Shown piece after piece: positions 59,051 to 64,000 of a stretch of DNA of 64,000 bases. Each line of letters begins with the position of its first letter. Position 1 is the stretch's first letter. Source of the DNA: Podarcis filfolensis. Lineage: Eukaryota. The DNA lies in assembly GCA_964270895.1 (NCBI GenBank), contig OZ185436.1; one strand, written 5' to 3'. Under the pieces are notes generated by a model. That model did no database searches. It was not told the DNA's origin and saw only the letters and a program-made list of their open reading frames with translations. Position numbers and translations under genes: made by a program.

Positions 59051-62000
59051 CAATGTAATTTTTTTAATTGCCAAGTAAATACATCAATACATCAATACCA
59101 AACCATGCATAAAGAATAATATAAAGAAAGAAAAAATAGAGAAGAAAAAGAAAAAGAAATGCGAAGAAAAGTAGTCAGTAAAAGAATAAAGAAAAGTATA
59201 ATATTTCAATACAATAAACACTATTTTACAAAATAATAGTAATAATAGACTTCCATCACTCTCACAACACTTCCTTTCACATTTTATATTTTATCTGTAT
59301 TTCAGTATTATTTCCATCTTAATATATAGATATTTGTATTTCCCCTTTTCCATTCATGAGGTCATTCTAGACACAGCCAAATTTTTACATTAGAACCTTG
59401 TCTTTCATTCAAGTACTTCCATTCCTTCTTGACTGTATTACTTTTATTATGATGATCCACATGTCCCAGTTAAGTGTGCTGCATGTCCTGGTTTGATTTG
59501 GGTTAAAAAAAAATTCTAGGAGACCACCATATATTGGAATTAACACAGCTAGAAAAATGAACGGCTTGACAGGCTCTTCACTTCCCCTCAAATCTGCAGT
59601 GTTGCTGAACTCAATTTGTTTTGCTATCAATCTGCATGTAGCATCATGGTTTAGTCTCAAAGAGTTGGCGTAGAGGTAACCTTTCCCATCCCAAGATAGA
59701 GAGGGCTGCTTTTCCTATTTCAAAGTTTAGCTCCTGCTTCTGGGCCAAACTAATGTGGCTTTGTTGACGTAAATCGGAGCTGTTGATCCTGACTTCATGG
59801 CCTTGTTTTGCATGTGAGTTCTACTTGATGCGGCAATACCCTTTACAGAGCCAGATTTTGTGTATGAGATTGTACAATCTGCTCAACAATATGCAAGTTT
59901 TCATCAAGCAGAAGAACTTTTAATTGAACAATACAGATTTCTCCCACTGAGACTTCAGCCTTTTTAATGCCAAAAGGTCCTATTATGGTCTTTGCCAGCT
60001 GGAGTGACAAGAAGTATTACATTTTTAGCACTTTTCTGTATTTTAACAGCAGGGCATTATGGAAATTAATATCCACAGAGCTTCACTTATAAACTTAAAA
60101 TATCTCTTAATTTAGCTTTTCTCATATTACAGCTGCTGTTTATAGCAGTTTCTGTTGCTCTTAATGTATCTAATGCACCATAAGTGCTGGCATTTAATAA
60201 CTTAACAGATTTTACTTCTTGAACTATGTGTGCAATTTCAGTAAGTTACTGTGGTGTTAATTTTAATCGGGCATTTACAAGACTCCTAAGCATAAATACT
60301 TAGAAGTGTGCATGCAACTGTTCCTGATCGAAACACTTCCTCTTTTTAATCACATAAACAGAATTTTTAGTTACATTGTGTGTCTAATGCCATTTTATGT
60401 TTGCTTTTTTGGCAAAAACAACAGTGGGTGGCATATTTCCAAAAAAGGCATGATATGTGACAGTAAATGGAGCCGTTATGTCTTTCTATGTTTAATATAT
60501 CTTTTTATTTGGGGACAGTTCAAAGCACTTTTAAAGGGGCATGCTCCGTGACTTAATTCATGCTATACAAATTGATGATGCTATATTATATTACTTTGTA
60601 TTCTGCTACATACAACGTATTGCACAAAGTGGTTATGCTTCCTGCCCCAAGTGATGGCTGCTTAAGAACCACCTTGACCTGAGAGGAAGGGAGAGAAGGC
60701 AGAACAGCCTAGCAAGCTGCTCATTTCAAGTGGTTCCAGTTGACAGCATTCCCCTCCCCTGGTCGTTCTTCTTCACCTTGCTTGCTGGGCTCTGGGGATG
60801 CTCTCTCCGAGATGCTATTGCTGGGTCATCTGAATTCCCGTGGGATTTTGTGAGAGCCTCCCAGAGCCCCATAAGCAAGACTGAGAGTTTAAAACCTCTT
60901 TCTGTTCCGAGAAAACCCTGCGCAAGAAGGAGCTCTCTGTCTTCTGTGCATATCATTTGCGTGATTTCAACTGCATAAAGTTGAAGTCGCACATTTTAAA
61001 ACGTGCATAAGTTGCGATCATATATACTATATTTTTCTGGAACTAAAAGATTAGGAGCGGCTACCTTTCTGTGCTTCTTTATCCCTTCTGTCCCATAACA
61101 CAATTGGCCTCTTTCACGTGCCACAATGAGCCAGGGTTTAACATTGACTAGTAATCATGGCTTAAGTGGGAGATTAACAAATAGCGATCTTTGGTTTGGA
61201 CATACCAGGTTTTCCTGCTTTTTATCTTACTTCTGCCAAGTGGCAACAACTGGGCAGCATGTGCCAACACACTGCTCATTCACAATAAACCAGATGTTAC
61301 TAACGCAGCACCTGTGAGTCCAAATGTGCCCACAGAGGCTTTCCATGGCACCCACAGGGCCTCCTCCCCCTGCTGATATTTGGCTTGAAAGAAGCATTCT
61401 GTTGCATCCAGTGGAATAAGTTGCAGCACATGCTTGGTTGTGGTGTGAGAGTGGTGTCTGTGACAGTTTCTCCAGTTTGTAAATGTGCCCACAGGCCTTA
61501 AAAGCTTGCCAAACCCTGCAAGAAACCATGATAAGTAATAAAAAAAGGGGGGTTCCCACTCATTGTAACATGTAAATGTGGCCAATGTGTGATGTGAGTT
61601 TCCTTACGCAGAGAGATGATGTGATGTCACATTGTGTTAAACTACACATTCTCAGGAAGAGGAAACATTAGGAAGCAGCAGCTCTCTTTCCCTTGTGAGT
61701 TCCAGGATTGGCCCTTAGGGATGTTTTAGAATTTTCTCATTTTGAGTGCTTAGTGTTTTATAGTGTGGAAGATTGCCAGTGGCATGCTTTGCTTTTGCTT
61801 TGCAATACATTGTTGTTAAGGGCCCGGAATGCCCTATTACTATGAAGCTTTAAGCCTCTTAAGTAGTGTGAAATTAAATCTCACTTCAAAATAATAGATG
61901 ATCATTTTAAGCCTTAGGACCTGGATATTTCTGTGCTTTTGAGAATAGTAATTGAGCTTATGCACCAAAGTAACCCAAACTGCACCATTACATACTAAAT

Positions 62001-64000
62001 TTTGTAACTTGTATAAATCTTGCAGCTATGCAAATATATTAAAAATTGCTTTACTTTTCATTTTTTGTGTGCGAGTCACACAAAGGGGGAAAGGCTAAGT
62101 AGGCCCCTAAACAGTGAAGAAACTTGATCAGGGCTTCCTTTGGGTTCTGAGATTTTATCAGACTTTGCCTGAACTGCAGCCATAGATCTCTCTTTTGAAC
62201 AAAAATGAAAATTTGATTTTATGGGGTGCCAGTTCTACAGAATATCCACAGCACTGCCAAGTTCTTCACAAATATAATGATCCTCCTGGGCAATAGTTAC
62301 TGAAAATCCTCAGTTGTCTTCCATAACAATTGTACAAAGTTTTCTATAAGATTCTAGCAGTTGCTCAGTTGTTTGCATTGATAATCACAATGAAATCAAG
62401 AGATACTATGCAGCACTCAAGTTCTCAGTCCTCAGTTCAAACATAGCAAGGACAATGTTTCGCTACTGCTAGTCTCTCTCCTTTAACACTTGGCTCAATT
62501 TGTTATTTCCTAGTTTGTGGCAAATCATAGTTTGTTGTTACATGTTATCAGGCAAACTACGGTATACTGCCCGTGAGCTTGAGTTTAGGTTGTGTAATAC
62601 AAAACTCTGGTTTAGTGTTACATGTGAACCAATCCAAAGTCTATTTGCTATGTTGACTTAAGACCAACATAACCCTTCCCCATGGCCTTGTGACATTTAC
62701 TGGCTACTTCCTGGTAGGCCTCAGAGATCTAAGTTATCAGTATGCAACAGACTGTTTAACAACCATGTGTTCAAAAAACTAGTGTCCTTTCTGAAATATA
62801 GTAGATGTGTTGATTGGACCCCTTCAGAAATGTTCTTATGGAATATCTCTGCTCACTGAAACAGGGAAGTATTCATCCCAATAACCATTAGAAGATAATT
62901 ATCCAATCATAATTCAAATGTTACTCTGAGGTGAAAACCGACTTTGTTTTTGCATCTGGAATATTCAAGACAAATTACTGGCTTAGTATCCATAATGTGA
63001 AATGTTATAATGATCTGTATTAAGCAGTCACAGCTTTCTGAAATGAATGTCCCAAGACTTTCCTTTAAAAGACATACCACAATGAAAATGAATATAGAAT
63101 TGATCAGCCTTCCAACACTTACGGGGCTATTCACTTACATGCCATAGGATACCTTGAGTTAAAAGGTCTGGCAGAAAAAAATCTTTTGTTTTCTCAGGGT
63201 ACATGGCAGAGATTTGTGTGTGCATGTGTCATTTTAGAAGAACAGTTGTGAGCTATGCAAATATTTGCTCTGAAATTTCCAGCGGCTTAGTATTGTGTGT
63301 GTGACATTATCTTCATGCTATCAAAGATAAAGGGATTTTGATATTTCCCCCTCTAAACTGAAGAGTTGTATGTGAAATATTTATGAAACAAAAATATTAA
63401 GGATATTTTTATGGAGAGGCATTATTGCACAATATAGATTTCTTTCTCAATATCTGATTTTATTGTGAAGGTGTTTTTGAAAAAGGAAAGAGACTGGTGA
63501 GAGAGTTTCTTTTTCTTGAGTGATATTTGTTCCTGACATGCGTGCAGCTTAGCTTAGCAAACACTTTTCCTGTTTGCTCTTCATCAGCCATTATTTATTA
63601 TGACACTCCAAGAAATGGCTGGTGGTTCTTCTGGCATTGCTCCAGTAGATCAAATGGAGCCAGCCTGTGTTGTCCCCACCACCACCCCCGCCGCCGCCGC
63701 TGCCACCGCCGCCCTAGGAGTATATGAACAAGTTGTCTCAGGAAGAGATCTTCAAATTAGATGGAGCTCTTAGTGAAATCCACAAGCCCCACCCCAACTC
63801 CATCCATTGTTCGCCAAGTCACTTATTACAAAAGGAGACACCTGCCTCAAATTTCAAGCACTGATTCCAAACCAAAGAAAAAACATAAGAAGGCCAATCT
63901 CAGAAAGCATGATGGGAACTGGATCTTTGTACTTTACAAAATTGTTATGAAATGCAATCTTCTATGAACCAAATGTTTACTACTTTTATTACATAGTTAT

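Overview
Vertebrate genomic DNA from a squamate reptile. A Sauria SINE and the TA-flanked CAGTGGTACCTC MITE family point to a lacertid lizard (inference). Three + strand genes are recognisable. (1) PPARGC1B (PGC-1beta): ten coding exons at 606-16312, equivalent to mammalian exons 3-12, whose phases join into one 936-aa open frame, followed by a probable ~7.3 kb 3'UTR ending near 23610. (2) An unnamed multi-exon TRIM-like gene at ~25449-35007 with B-box1, B-box2 and coiled coil in the classic 96/234/23-bp TRIM exon series. It has no intact RING and no intact PRY-SPRY, although motif-level remnants of both may be present. (3) SLC26A2 (DTDST): a CpG island at ~45300-46030 and two coding exons (52823-53467, 54518-56023; 716 aa). 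The TRIM-like gene sits in the interval occupied by PDE6A in mammals, and I found no PDE6A coding trace. The rest is introns, UTRs and intergenic DNA with L2, CR1 and L1 fragments, SINEs, MITEs and microsatellites. All calls were made by eye from the sequence, the supplied ORF track and remembered family motifs; no database search was run.
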